IMG/VR virus record: IMGVR_UViG_3300005077_000586
Span: 1 to 31,803 of that record
Strand: one strand, 5' to 3'
Origin: a virus
Taxonomy: Duplodnaviria; Caudoviricetes
Length of the DNA: 31,803 nt
Shown in pieces: positions 8,391 to 17,718 of the stretch; within the stretch, counting starts at the first letter, position 1, and every line of letters starts with the position of its first letter. A program made the position numbers and the translations under genes. The notes beneath the pieces were generated by a model, which was given only the letters and a program-made list of their open reading frames with translations, had not been told where the DNA came from and made no database searches.

Positions 8391-8420
8391 AAATAAACAA
8401 AGACGCCGAAATAATATACA
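8391..8420 (+). promoter_or_regulatory. Putative phage promoter, copy 2
   Basis: AAATAAACAA-AGACGCCG-AAATAATATACA, about 50 nt upstream of the protease ATG. Confidence 0.65.
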
Positions 8421-8469
8421 CTTAGATGTGTCCTTGTGATTTTCTACCATCATAGTGGAGGATTAATAG

Positions 8470-9621
8470 ATGAATAAACTTCTTGTAATTCTTATTGCTA
8501 TTTCTTCGGTTACTATTTCCTCTTGTGGCTTTGTAAGAAACACAACTGTATCTGTTGAACAACAACAATACAATGAGTTAATTCGTCCAATTGTCCGGCT
8601 GACTGGCCAAGTTATTATGCCAGATGGACGAGTTACAGGTTGGCATGGTTCTGGCGGAGTTATTTATAGTCAGCCAAATGCTACTAACTCTGGTTATGAT
8701 AACTATGTTCTTACATGCAATCATTGTGTTGAATGTCCAGTTTTTGACAAGAAAGCTTCACTAGATGTTGCACGAGTAACTGGTTATAAGTATGAAGTTA
8801 ATAATATTGAAATATTTGATAACAACATGTCTCCTAGAAATCTTACTGGCTTTGTTGTAGCACAGAGTAATAATAATATTTTTATGCAAGATTCTCGTGG
8901 TTTCTTATATGTTGATGTTGGAGAGTCTATTGATACAGAATCTGGACTATTGGCTGGAGAAGATTTAGCTCTAATTAAACTCGATACTACAGAAAAATTA
9001 TTCGCAGCAAAAATTTTGCCACCAGATAAAATAGAAACGCTTGTTAGATTCACAAAAGTTCGTGTTGTTGGATGTGCACTTGGTGGCTACCCATATAATA
9101 CTTTTGGAGAAATTACACTAACCATTCCAAAGACTAACTACATGGGAATCAATGCTCCATTTAGTCCTGGTAATAGTGGTGGACTTTGTTACTTAGACGA
9201 TACACATGAATTTATTGGCATTACTAATGCAGGAGTACGTGGAGAGAGTCATTTGGGACTGGTTCGTCCATTGTCACATATTTATCCTTGGCTTGCTAAA
9301 GTAAATCATCAGTTCATATTCGATACTTCTATCTCTAATGAGGATAAGTTTGCTATTATTCTTGAAGATGTTAGTTTGGCCAACACAAATCGCAAAGAAG
9401 AACGAGAATCTCTTGTTAAGGAAGTAGTCTTTTTGCGAGCATCGGTGGCTCAGATAGTCGAACAACTCAAGTTACTACAATCTCAAATAAGTGCACTACA
9501 ACAACAGGTCAATAAGTCCACTGAAGCAACTCCTCCCACACAAGAACTTCCAACTTTTCCAGTATTTGAAAATCCCCCAACAACAAATGATAATGTGGAA
9601 AATCTTCCTCAGAGGTTTTAA
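8470..9621 (+). CDS. Trypsin-like (S1) serine protease, probable lipoprotein, with C-terminal coiled coil and Pro/Thr tail
   Basis: Triad TCNHC / EDLALI / PGNSGG; signal peptide with ISSC lipobox; GGAGG RBS. Confidence 0.85.
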   Translation: MNKLLVILIAISSVTISSCGFVRNTTVSVEQQQYNELIRPIVRLTGQVIMPDGRVTGWHGSGGVIYSQPNATNSGYDNYVLTCNHCVECPVFDKKASLDVARVTGYKYEVNNIEIFDNNMSPRNLTGFVVAQSNNNIFMQDSRGFLYVDVGESIDTESGLLAGEDLALIKLDTTEKLFAAKILPPDKIETLVRFTKVRVVGCALGGYPYNTFGEITLTIPKTNYMGINAPFSPGNSGGLCYLDDTHEFIGITNAGVRGESHLGLVRPLSHIYPWLAKVNHQFIFDTSISNEDKFAIILEDVSLANTNRKEERESLVKEVVFLRASVAQIVEQLKLLQSQISALQQQVNKSTEATPPTQELPTFPVFENPPTTNDNVENLPQRF

Positions 9622-9623
9622 TA

Positions 9624-10046
9624 ATGCGAGCAGTAGACCCAGGTGCAAAAGCAATAAGTGAACATTTAAATCATCGCATGTTGGCCACTATATTAGCCCT
9701 GCAAGAAGTCCAAGCAGCGTTTAGTGACCCAGATGGAGTTGAGCATTTGCTGGGTCGGCAACTATTTGAGTTTGGACGTGCGACATTAGAACATTTTCCT
9801 TTTGTAGAATTTAATATTAACATAGCATATGATTATTCGGTTTTCATGAATGAGGATAACAGAAATGGACTATTAATAATTTATCAGCTTCAAGATGATG
9901 TATGGCTGTCATTTATAAATCTTAATAAAATATGTAGAGAACATAATATTACTGTTAGTTTTAGTGGCAAACAAGTTTCAGATCCTTCTTTTGATGGAAA
10001 AGTACAATGCGAAAATTTAGAAATAAAAAATACGATGATGCAATAG
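9624..10046 (+). CDS. Hypothetical protein
   Basis: ORF track; tight packing. Confidence 0.55.
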   Translation: MRAVDPGAKAISEHLNHRMLATILALQEVQAAFSDPDGVEHLLGRQLFEFGRATLEHFPFVEFNINIAYDYSVFMNEDNRNGLLIIYQLQDDVWLSFINLNKICREHNITVSFSGKQVSDPSFDGKVQCENLEIKNTMMQ

Positions 10047-10396
10047 CTGATAGTCTAACATTTATTGCAGAAACTGCCAATGTAAATGGATGGAGCGCTG
10101 GCTTTGGTTTAGCTGTAAGTTCGGATATTTTAGAAACTGCAATAGAAATAATTAATTACATACAAGATGAGATGGATGTTGAGCCACTCCATGTAATGTG
10201 TGACGAAAGTGGTGTTATTCATATGGAATATGATATATTGGCATTGACAGAAGAATTTACTGTTTCACTTGAGATATGCAGTAAAAACATGATAGATATG
10301 ACATTAACAGACCATCAAAATAATATAAATTTTTATACAAATAATATTCAAACAAAGTCAGCAATGTCATTTTTAAGAAGGATAATTCATGGCTGA
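10007..10396 (+). CDS. Hypothetical acidic protein
   Basis: ORF track; overlaps its neighbours. Confidence 0.55.
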   Translation: MRKFRNKKYDDAIADSLTFIAETANVNGWSAGFGLAVSSDILETAIEIINYIQDEMDVEPLHVMCDESGVIHMEYDILALTEEFTVSLEICSKNMIDMTLTDHQNNINFYTNNIQTKSAMSFLRRIIHG

Positions 10397-10625
10397 GTTA
10401 TTTGGTTGGGTAAGTAATCTATTATTTATTACTGGTGCTATTATATTGGCACGACATAATGCTATTTTATCACAGAAGCTAAACTTGGTGGCAAATATTA
10501 TTTGTTTCTTCGCAGGAGTATTTTCGGGACTATATTTTATTATGTTTATTTCGGTATTTCTGTCTATTGTAAATATATATGGAATATATTCGTGGAATAA
10601 GGAGCGACACAATGGAAAGACGTAA
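10389..10625 (+). CDS. Small 3-TM membrane protein (PnuC/SWEET half-size-like)
   Basis: GW...L.ITG, N, and C-terminal NIYGIYSW motif; AGGA RBS. Confidence 0.6.
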   Translation: MAELFGWVSNLLFITGAIILARHNAILSQKLNLVANIICFFAGVFSGLYFIMFISVFLSIVNIYGIYSWNKERHNGKT

Positions 10626-10929
10626 GTTTTTGGGTGGTTTATTTGCAGTCCCAGCAGCGGCCATCGGAGTATTGTGCACCAAAATATTTGGACAAGAAGT
10701 GCCAAAGACAGAGTGTGAAAAATTAGTACAGTGTGCCGAAAATCTATGTATTGCACCAGCGAATCCACATATAGCCGCTCTCCAGGTATCTATATCTGAT
10801 ATGCCAAGCAATGGATATTTTTCCAATGAAGCTAAAATAGGTGGCATTATAATAGAAGCTGTTACAAAAGATGGAATTTCTCACAAGTATAGTTTAATAG
10901 ATATTTTGACTGCATTGGCAAAGAAATAA
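10612..10929 (+). CDS. Protein with twin-arginine (Tat)-like N-terminus
   Basis: AAGGAG RBS; MERRKFLGGLFAVPAAAIG. Confidence 0.65.
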   Translation: MERRKFLGGLFAVPAAAIGVLCTKIFGQEVPKTECEKLVQCAENLCIAPANPHIAALQVSISDMPSNGYFSNEAKIGGIIIEAVTKDGISHKYSLIDILTALAKK

Positions 10930-10941
10930 TAAAGGTGATAT

Positions 10942-11319
10942 ATGCCTATTTATAATTTTATATGTAACGATGATGAGTGTGGAAATCAACAGGAATATTG
11001 GGAGTCTATTAAGAATGGTCCACCCAAGAATGTTATATGCTCCAAATGTGGCTCTACTATGTATCAAGAACTACAATGTAATTTTGAGCTTAAGGGAGAC
11101 GGCTGGCCAGGCAAAGATATAAAGTCAGACACTCAAATGGGTCAAGCAGCAGAAAAGGCCGAAGAGTTTTTGTCAAAAGAAGATGATAAGCAAAAAGAAA
11201 ATAAAGAAGTATTATCTAAGCGTCGTCTTGGTAGGCGAAAATTTGCTGAATGGTCTCAGCACAATAAGCCAAAAGTTGATAGGTATATGAAGAGAAGAAG
11301 TCCAACTAAAAATGTCTAA
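10942..11319 (+). CDS. FmdB-family zinc-ribbon protein
   Basis: MPIYNFIC...C and CSKCGS, followed by FELKGDGW. Confidence 0.8.
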   Translation: MPIYNFICNDDECGNQQEYWESIKNGPPKNVICSKCGSTMYQELQCNFELKGDGWPGKDIKSDTQMGQAAEKAEEFLSKEDDKQKENKEVLSKRRLGRRKFAEWSQHNKPKVDRYMKRRSPTKNV

Positions 11320-11554
11320 AAACAATATAAAAAGAGCCATTTGTGTAAAATGTGGCAAACATAATATTATAAAAATTGAGGATATTGGTGGGCATTATGA
11401 AAACGTAAAAGAATTTTTATGCGTCAAATGTTGTAAAGCCGAAAACTGGCAAAGTAAAATGTGTACAAAATGTCCTGATATAAATGTATGTAGTGGAAAA
11501 TGGAAAGAATTATTTATAGAAGAGATTACCAAAAGGACACAACCAAATGATTGA
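11312..11554 (+). CDS. Small Cys-rich zinc-binding protein
   Basis: Three CxxC motifs. Confidence 0.6.
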   Translation: MSKNNIKRAICVKCGKHNIIKIEDIGGHYENVKEFLCVKCCKAENWQSKMCTKCPDINVCSGKWKELFIEEITKRTQPND

Positions 11555-12269
11555 CCCGTATAATAATTATCATATAGAAGATGTTGAGATTATTTGTACA
11601 CGTTCGGGTGGCATTTCAGCAGTAGAAGGACTAATGTTATATAATGCTGTAATGTCGGCAGGAAAAGACTGTAATGCTATCGAGTTTTCACCAAATGCTG
11701 GTTATAGCACTATTTGTATGGCACTTGCTCTGCGTCGAATGGGAAGTACAAAAAAGATAGCAACATTTGAAATTGACCGTCGAATAGAACAAAAACTAAC
11801 AGAAAACATAGCTAAACTTGGTCTACAAGATTATGTAGATATTATTTGGGGTGATGCATTAGTAGAAGTGCCAAGGTATATAAAAGCACATGGAATAGAA
11901 GATAGAGTAGATGTCTTATTTATTGACTCATGTCATTCTAAGTCATTTGCAGAAGCATATATAAGAGATATTTTCCCGCTATGCAACTGTGCATTAGTTA
12001 TGGTTCACGATATAGGGGCATTAGGACTAAATAATCACGATGATTTCAACGAAACATTATTTCCAAACGATAATAATTGTGGAGAGTATTTAGCGCTGAA
12101 GTCTTATTTACGTTGTAAATATGTTCTAACACACGCTGTTTATGGAGGACAACACGAAGCATCTTGTAATTTGCCAGTAAATAAGATGGCATATGATAAA
12201 CTTAGTGACTCTGTTGGATATACAGTTCCTATTGATATACCGCCAAAAAGTTTAATATTTTTCATTTAG
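11547..12269 (+). CDS. Class I SAM-dependent methyltransferase (Methyltransf_24-like)
   Basis: IEFSPNAGYST, TFEID, GDA, LFIDSCH, VHD. Confidence 0.8.
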   Translation: MIDPYNNYHIEDVEIICTRSGGISAVEGLMLYNAVMSAGKDCNAIEFSPNAGYSTICMALALRRMGSTKKIATFEIDRRIEQKLTENIAKLGLQDYVDIIWGDALVEVPRYIKAHGIEDRVDVLFIDSCHSKSFAEAYIRDIFPLCNCALVMVHDIGALGLNNHDDFNETLFPNDNNCGEYLALKSYLRCKYVLTHAVYGGQHEASCNLPVNKMAYDKLSDSVGYTVPIDIPPKSLIFFI

Positions 12270-12278
12270 GAGGATACT

Positions 12279-12566
12279 ATGCAAAATGATGGAGTGATTA
12301 TTTGTACAGAAGATGAGGATGAACAAAAATATGACGGAAAAGTGCATAAGTGTAAGATCATATTTACAGATGAAGATACTGGTGCGAGTTTGGTAGCAAT
12401 TTTACCATCCACTAAAGGAGAATGTCCTTGTTTGGTTTTTGCAAAACGAGTTGGAATTGTAGATGATTATAATATTAAACAATCAGTATTTATTCTTGCG
12501 ACTGATAAAAAAGACCAATATGTAAATATTTCAACTAAACAACTAAATAAACTACTGAGAAAATAA
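12279..12566 (+). CDS. Hypothetical protein
   Basis: AGGAGG RBS. Confidence 0.6.
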   Translation: MQNDGVIICTEDEDEQKYDGKVHKCKIIFTDEDTGASLVAILPSTKGECPCLVFAKRVGIVDDYNIKQSVFILATDKKDQYVNISTKQLNKLLRK

Positions 12567-12577
12567 GGAGATATATA

Positions 12578-12772
12578 ATGTCAAACTCAACTGAGCGTGT
12601 AAAGTTTGGACGTGCTCTTCGTAGTCTGTTCCGATTTGTTCAAAACGATGGTCTATCACAGACACGACAGGTATTTCGCACTTATGGCCCACTATTTGGA
12701 GTAACAGAGTGGCGAGCACGCAAGCTTTTTGGATCATTCGGCAAGGCTCGTGATTTTGCATATAAGGCATAA
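12578..12772 (+). CDS. Small basic hypothetical protein
   Basis: AAGGAG RBS; Arg/Phe-rich. Confidence 0.6.
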   Translation: MSNSTERVKFGRALRSLFRFVQNDGLSQTRQVFRTYGPLFGVTEWRARKLFGSFGKARDFAYKA

Positions 12773-12775
12773 CTT

Positions 12776-13447
12776 ATGATTATAGCTACGCCAAACTCAA
12801 CTACATATGTAGATAAGAACTTTGCGATGGCTCTAATGGCACTACAAAAGCCAGAAAAGTGGCGAATGCTAATGCCATCTGTGTTGCCGGTAGGAGCCGC
12901 ACGAAATGAAGTGTTTCGAAAAGCCCGTGAAGCAAAAGAAGAATGGATATTATTCCTTGATTATGATAATACGTTTCCACCAGATATTATTGATATTCTA
13001 ATGAAGGTTCATGAGAGCACTGGAGCCGACCTAACTGGCGGTGTTTATTTTGAACAAGGATGGCCAAACTATCCAGTTCTTGGAAATATAAATAAGGATC
13101 TATTTTCATATCGTGTAGCACTTCAAGATGAAGTTCTAAAGGAAGGTTCGGTATTTGTGTGCGATGTTATTGGTATGGGATGTTCTTTAGTTCATACTCC
13201 AAAGTTTTTTGAATATCCAGATGATTGGTTTGGATACACTCTCGACGACAAGAAATGGGATACTGAAGACATGAGAGCATTTGTACTAATGAAACAACGT
13301 GGAATAACAGTTGCTGCAACTACTTGTGGCATCGGACATTCTGGCACTTATATTTTTGGAGCACACGACTGGGCACTTGGCAGAAAAGTAATATTCGAAA
13401 AATACAGCGAACAACAACAGAAGACTAACACTGGACTGGAGAAATAA
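12776..13447 (+). CDS. GT-A fold glycosyltransferase (GT2-like)
   Basis: ARN, LFLDYD, GMGCSLV, TEDMRAF, GH.G. Confidence 0.8.
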   Translation: MIIATPNSTTYVDKNFAMALMALQKPEKWRMLMPSVLPVGAARNEVFRKAREAKEEWILFLDYDNTFPPDIIDILMKVHESTGADLTGGVYFEQGWPNYPVLGNINKDLFSYRVALQDEVLKEGSVFVCDVIGMGCSLVHTPKFFEYPDDWFGYTLDDKKWDTEDMRAFVLMKQRGITVAATTCGIGHSGTYIFGAHDWALGRKVIFEKYSEQQQKTNTGLEK

Positions 13448-14592
13448 TGTTAAAATATCTAATAATCTTATTGTTCGTGGCCACTCTATTGCCTGCACAA
13501 AGTTTTGAATATGACTTTGGTGCGAAAGTAGAAGTTGGTGCCATCTCAAATAGTGCGAGAGAAAGTGGTGGCAATGAGGTTAGTCTTGGTGATTTTTTGT
13601 TCAATCCAAGATTAGCACTTCGGTATCCAACGAATATCGAGTGTGTTTCTGGACTATTTATAAAAGCAGATTATGTGCCAGATATGTGCCTGCTAAACTT
13701 CGCCGATGAAGATAAAGTCAACATGCACAATCAAAATTGGTTACGTGCAGATGGATACGTGAGTCGTCCAGACTTGTTATTTGATATCAATATTTTATTT
13801 ACGTGCGATATGCATTTGCGTGCAGGTGCATTTATGACTTCTGGACTAGAGCCATTGAGCAAATCAAGTTATTATTTACTAACGCCTGCACCAATGTTTT
13901 TGACTCAACATTTTGATAAGGGTTTTGAAATAGCATTAACAAAAGATTGGTTGAAATTGAAGGCATCTGTAGTAGATGGAGACTGGACCGTAGGTCAAGT
14001 GTCAGTTTTTACACCAAGTGATAGTCGTGCCAATTCTACCCCAACCGTGGCAGGAATGGCAGAAATAGATGTTTTGAGTTGGACTAGTGATAAGTCGCTT
14101 ATCTTTGGGGTCACTGGCAACTATGGAGATATAGGTTCATATCCTGGACAAAAACGTTGTACTGACAATTATATATTCTACACTGGTAGTAGTACAGAAT
14201 TATTCGGAGCCGAGTTATCATCAAGGGTTGGATATTATATCGCAGTACGTAATCCAAAAGGAGATGGTTCTGGCGTTCACGTAGACCAAATAGATACAGA
14301 TGGATATACTTTAGAGTTATCATATAGCAAAATAGAAACAGGACAGGGCAAAATAGGAGTTCATGGCAACTACTGGGTTATGCACAACGAAGGAGGAGTA
14401 GACGGCGAAATATGGCCATATGCATGTTCTAAGATGACTGGCTATGGAGTTGTTGTTAGATGGACGGAAATGTTGAATGTAGATATTCTTTATTCTGAAT
14501 TTGGATATTCGCATATTACTGCCGATGAAGAAGTTATTTATGGTGAAAGTGAATTTGATATATATGTCATTAGCACAGGAATAAACTTCTGA
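13447..14592 (+). CDS. Putative outer-membrane beta-barrel (porin-like) protein
   Basis: Cleavable signal peptide (LPA-QS), alternating amphipathic beta-strands rich in Gly and aromatics, C-terminal ISTGINF (beta-signal-like terminal Phe). Confidence 0.6.
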   Translation: MLKYLIILLFVATLLPAQSFEYDFGAKVEVGAISNSARESGGNEVSLGDFLFNPRLALRYPTNIECVSGLFIKADYVPDMCLLNFADEDKVNMHNQNWLRADGYVSRPDLLFDINILFTCDMHLRAGAFMTSGLEPLSKSSYYLLTPAPMFLTQHFDKGFEIALTKDWLKLKASVVDGDWTVGQVSVFTPSDSRANSTPTVAGMAEIDVLSWTSDKSLIFGVTGNYGDIGSYPGQKRCTDNYIFYTGSSTELFGAELSSRVGYYIAVRNPKGDGSGVHVDQIDTDGYTLELSYSKIETGQGKIGVHGNYWVMHNEGGVDGEIWPYACSKMTGYGVVVRWTEMLNVDILYSEFGYSHITADEEVIYGESEFDIYVISTGINF

Positions 14593-15482
14593 TGCAATCA
14601 ATAGCAATATCACAAGTATATAACGAAGAATTATTTGTATCAAAATCATTATCTTGGATATATCCACTGGTAGACAAGATAGTTATATCAGAAGGGCGTC
14701 TTACACCACATGGCAACTTGCCACAACATTCTTCTGATAATACACGAGATGTTATTCAAACATGGATTTATAATAACGATGCGCAAAATAAGGTTGTATT
14801 AGTAGATGCATTTGAAGGTTCACCAAATAATCGAGAAAGTGCGGAGGCAAATAATAAAAACTATCTATTGTCCAAGTCTGGAATAGAAAATGGAGACATG
14901 TTGTTTATCTTAGATGCAGATGAATTTCCAGAGCCAGAAGGATTTATATTTATTCAAAATAAGTTTAAAGATGATGATACAATAAGACATGTTCCGCTTG
15001 GATGGTATAACTTTGTCTATAATCTAAGACAAGGATTTAAATATTCTATTGATGGTCGATTTTTTAGGTGGACAACTGGATGTAAGTTTAAATCTACTAA
15101 TCATCTAATAAATTCTAATCAAGAAGATTTATCAAAAGATTACAAGTTTTTTGTTCCTTTTGAGCAGTCCAAATGGTTACACTTGAGTTATGCTAAACAT
15201 CCTAAACTTATTAGAGAGAAAATAATTGGTTTCGCACGTCAGTCTCTAATAGATTGGTACAATTATTGTTACTTGATAGGTGCTATAAATATAGAAAAAG
15301 CCTATGCAAACAACACGGCATTGTCGGCACCTCATGGCTGGAAGGGCGGTGGCTTTTGTGAGGGTTTAGATGTTAAACTTGAGCCATTTACAGGTGAACT
15401 TCCGGCATCAATACGTGACTTAGCATTTATAGATTATACAGATTTTATAAAGACAAATATAAATTCACTAGTCATAAGATAG
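14592..15482 (+). CDS. GT2-like glycosyltransferase
   Basis: VYNEE, VDKIVISEG, SSDNT, ILDADEF, HLSYAK. Confidence 0.8.
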   Translation: MQSIAISQVYNEELFVSKSLSWIYPLVDKIVISEGRLTPHGNLPQHSSDNTRDVIQTWIYNNDAQNKVVLVDAFEGSPNNRESAEANNKNYLLSKSGIENGDMLFILDADEFPEPEGFIFIQNKFKDDDTIRHVPLGWYNFVYNLRQGFKYSIDGRFFRWTTGCKFKSTNHLINSNQEDLSKDYKFFVPFEQSKWLHLSYAKHPKLIREKIIGFARQSLIDWYNYCYLIGAINIEKAYANNTALSAPHGWKGGGFCEGLDVKLEPFTGELPASIRDLAFIDYTDFIKTNINSLVIR

Positions 15483-15491
15483 GAGTAAATA

Positions 15492-16268
15492 ATGTCTATC
15501 GACGTATATAGCAGTGGAGGCATTGGAGATGCATTGATTGTTATTTCTAAAATAGCTAGATTGCATCGTATTACTGGTGCTATGTTCAACTTCAGAATGT
15601 ATGGCAAGCATCGTTGTTATGAAAAGCCTTGTAATGAACTAATGACACTGCCAAAGTTTTTAGATGCATCATCGCACTATGTACTTAGTGATAATCCAGA
15701 AATAGATGCAAAGGCATTTGCCCATAGTAATGGTTCTATATACATGAATACTCGTGTAGATGATATAAATAATCCAGTTGAGCCATTTTATGATATACTA
15801 CAGGATACAATTCCACTAATTAATAAGCATATGCCATCTAATATTTGTATTCAAGTATTAGCAGGAAGACCAAATGATGGCAGTGCACGAATGGTGACAG
15901 CGACGGCCATCCGACAATTATTTAAATCGATACGACATCGTAATATAGTTTTGGTAGGACAGGATGAAATTTCTACACCAGAAGATTTCTATGAGCCCGC
16001 ACAAAATAAAATTATAAATTTATGTGGACGCACAGGAACTATTTCACAAGCATTGTGTATCGTGCGACATTCTCATGCATTCGTTGGACAAGATGGAGTT
16101 TTAGCTTATTATGCCATGATGATAGGCAAAAGAGTAGTAGTTAATTGGCATGTTCCAACATTGCCTGGACATTATATGCATCCATCGTGGGTAGCACATA
16201 CCAAGTCACTGTATGGCGGTTCAGCACTTTATAACTTCGATGAAGATACGATCAAATTTTTGAGTTAA
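15492..16268 (+). CDS. GT9 (heptosyltransferase)-like glycosyltransferase
   Basis: GGIGDAL, IVLVG, INLCGRT, FVGQDG (variant of FIGxDSG). Confidence 0.65.
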   Translation: MSIDVYSSGGIGDALIVISKIARLHRITGAMFNFRMYGKHRCYEKPCNELMTLPKFLDASSHYVLSDNPEIDAKAFAHSNGSIYMNTRVDDINNPVEPFYDILQDTIPLINKHMPSNICIQVLAGRPNDGSARMVTATAIRQLFKSIRHRNIVLVGQDEISTPEDFYEPAQNKIINLCGRTGTISQALCIVRHSHAFVGQDGVLAYYAMMIGKRVVVNWHVPTLPGHYMHPSWVAHTKSLYGGSALYNFDEDTIKFLS

Positions 16269-16271
16269 ATT

Positions 16272-16817
16272 ATGTCTAAAATAGAAATAAAAAGAACTGA
16301 CCAATGGGACTTTGAATATATTAGCCAAGAAGTGTTGGCTGGACACTGTGGAAATACGGTTCTTCAAATAGGTGCTCGTCCAGGTAAAGGCTGGTTGGCC
16401 ACCTGGGATTGTTTCTGTAATGCCGGGTTCACACAGCACGACATTTTAGAAATTTGGGAAAAGAATGTTACAAAATTACAAGAAATAGATACTGGTGGCT
16501 CTGTAGTTCTTGGCGATGTTCGTAAAATAAAAAATATAAAATTGCCACTAGAACAATATGACTGGCTTGTATGGCAACACGGGCCAGAGCACATTCGCAA
16601 TGATGAGTTCAAAAATATACTTCCAGATTTACTACAAAGATGTAATATTGGACTTCTTATTGGTTGTCCAAATGGCACCTGTTACCAAGATGCCTTTAAT
16701 GGTAATCCGCACGAGGAGCATGTTATGCATTGGCAACCAGAAGATTTTATAAAACTTGGCTTTAATGTCGTGGTTGCTCACACTACTAATATAATCGGAT
16801 GGATTTACAAGAAATAA
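16272..16817 (+). CDS. SAM-dependent methyltransferase-like protein
   Basis: VLQIGA..G, LEIW, GDVR, YD, PEH, GNPHEEH. Confidence 0.7.
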   Translation: MSKIEIKRTDQWDFEYISQEVLAGHCGNTVLQIGARPGKGWLATWDCFCNAGFTQHDILEIWEKNVTKLQEIDTGGSVVLGDVRKIKNIKLPLEQYDWLVWQHGPEHIRNDEFKNILPDLLQRCNIGLLIGCPNGTCYQDAFNGNPHEEHVMHWQPEDFIKLGFNVVVAHTTNIIGWIYKK

Positions 16818-16840
16818 ACAAACTCATTGAAATAATATAC
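16812..16840 (+). promoter_or_regulatory. Putative phage promoter, copy 3
   Basis: AAATAAACAA-ACTCATTG-AAATAATATAC. Confidence 0.65.
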
Positions 16841-16847
16841 TCTGATG

Positions 16848-17288
16848 TAGATAGGTATGCTGACAGACAGATAGACAGATAGTAATACAGGAGGATAATA
16901 TGATACTAAAAGTAGGAATAAGAACAGGCACTAATGATACATCTATAAATAAGACTAAAATAATATGGAGTTATTTTCCTAGATGTATAAGCTTGGATGT
17001 TTTGGGCGTTGATACATATGAGTTCAAAAATTCATATATAAATCAATATACAGTATATAAAACGTGGAACGTGAAACAAGAGAAGATTACTATTGATGGA
17101 GAAGACGGATTACGTTATTTTGCTAATCTAATAAGATTATTTCTTGATACTAATAATAAGTCAATAGTAGAGGTGCTTGTTAATCCAGATGCTGCATTTA
17201 TTTATATTTGCGATGATGATGGTAAGACTATTGACCGTATTTATTTTTAATTAAATAATAATCAAATTAGCATACCTATCTATTTTTT
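16848..17288 (+). repeat. 14-bp perfect long-range inverted repeat (16848-16861 / 17269-17282) enclosing one gene, followed by T6
   Basis: TAGATAGGTATGCT is the exact reverse complement of AGCATACCTATCTA; the pairing extends with G-U wobbles. Confidence 0.85.
16900..17250 (+). CDS. 116-aa hypothetical protein ending in YICDDDGKTIDRI
   Basis: AGGAGG RBS; own promoter motif upstream. Confidence 0.75.
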   Translation: MILKVGIRTGTNDTSINKTKIIWSYFPRCISLDVLGVDTYEFKNSYINQYTVYKTWNVKQEKITIDGEDGLRYFANLIRLFLDTNNKSIVEVLVNPDAAFIYICDDDGKTIDRIYF

Positions 17289-17717
17289 ATGCGAATACCA
17301 CAATCCTGGGAACAAACATGGTTATCTATAATAGATGTAATAGCCCAACGAAGCAAAGACCCAAATACGCAAGTTGGTGCGGCGCTTATATCTCCAGATA
17401 ATAGAATAGTGCATCTTGGCTATAATGGTTTTCCATTCGATATTAGTGATCCAGAAGAGCGTTTGCAACGTCCAACTAAGTATAAATATGTTGTACACGC
17501 AGAAGCTAATGCAATACTAAATAGCAAGACAGATCTACATGGATGGACATTATATGTGACTATTCCACCATGTGCAGCTCGTGCCAAACTTATTATTCAG
17601 TCTGGTATTAAGAGGGTGATCTATCAAAATGCACCAAATGCTTCATCTATGTTGGATTATAAGTTTTCACAAGATTTACTAAATGAAGCTGGTATAGAAC
17701 TAATACAAGGAGTGTAA
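17289..17717 (+). CDS. dCMP deaminase (second Zn-ligand Cys replaced by Arg)
   Basis: RSKDPNTQVGA, GYNGFP, HAEANAI, PPCAAR, IIQSGIKRV. Confidence 0.85.
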   Translation: MRIPQSWEQTWLSIIDVIAQRSKDPNTQVGAALISPDNRIVHLGYNGFPFDISDPEERLQRPTKYKYVVHAEANAILNSKTDLHGWTLYVTIPPCAARAKLIIQSGIKRVIYQNAPNASSMLDYKFSQDLLNEAGIELIQGV

Positions 17718-17718
17718 A

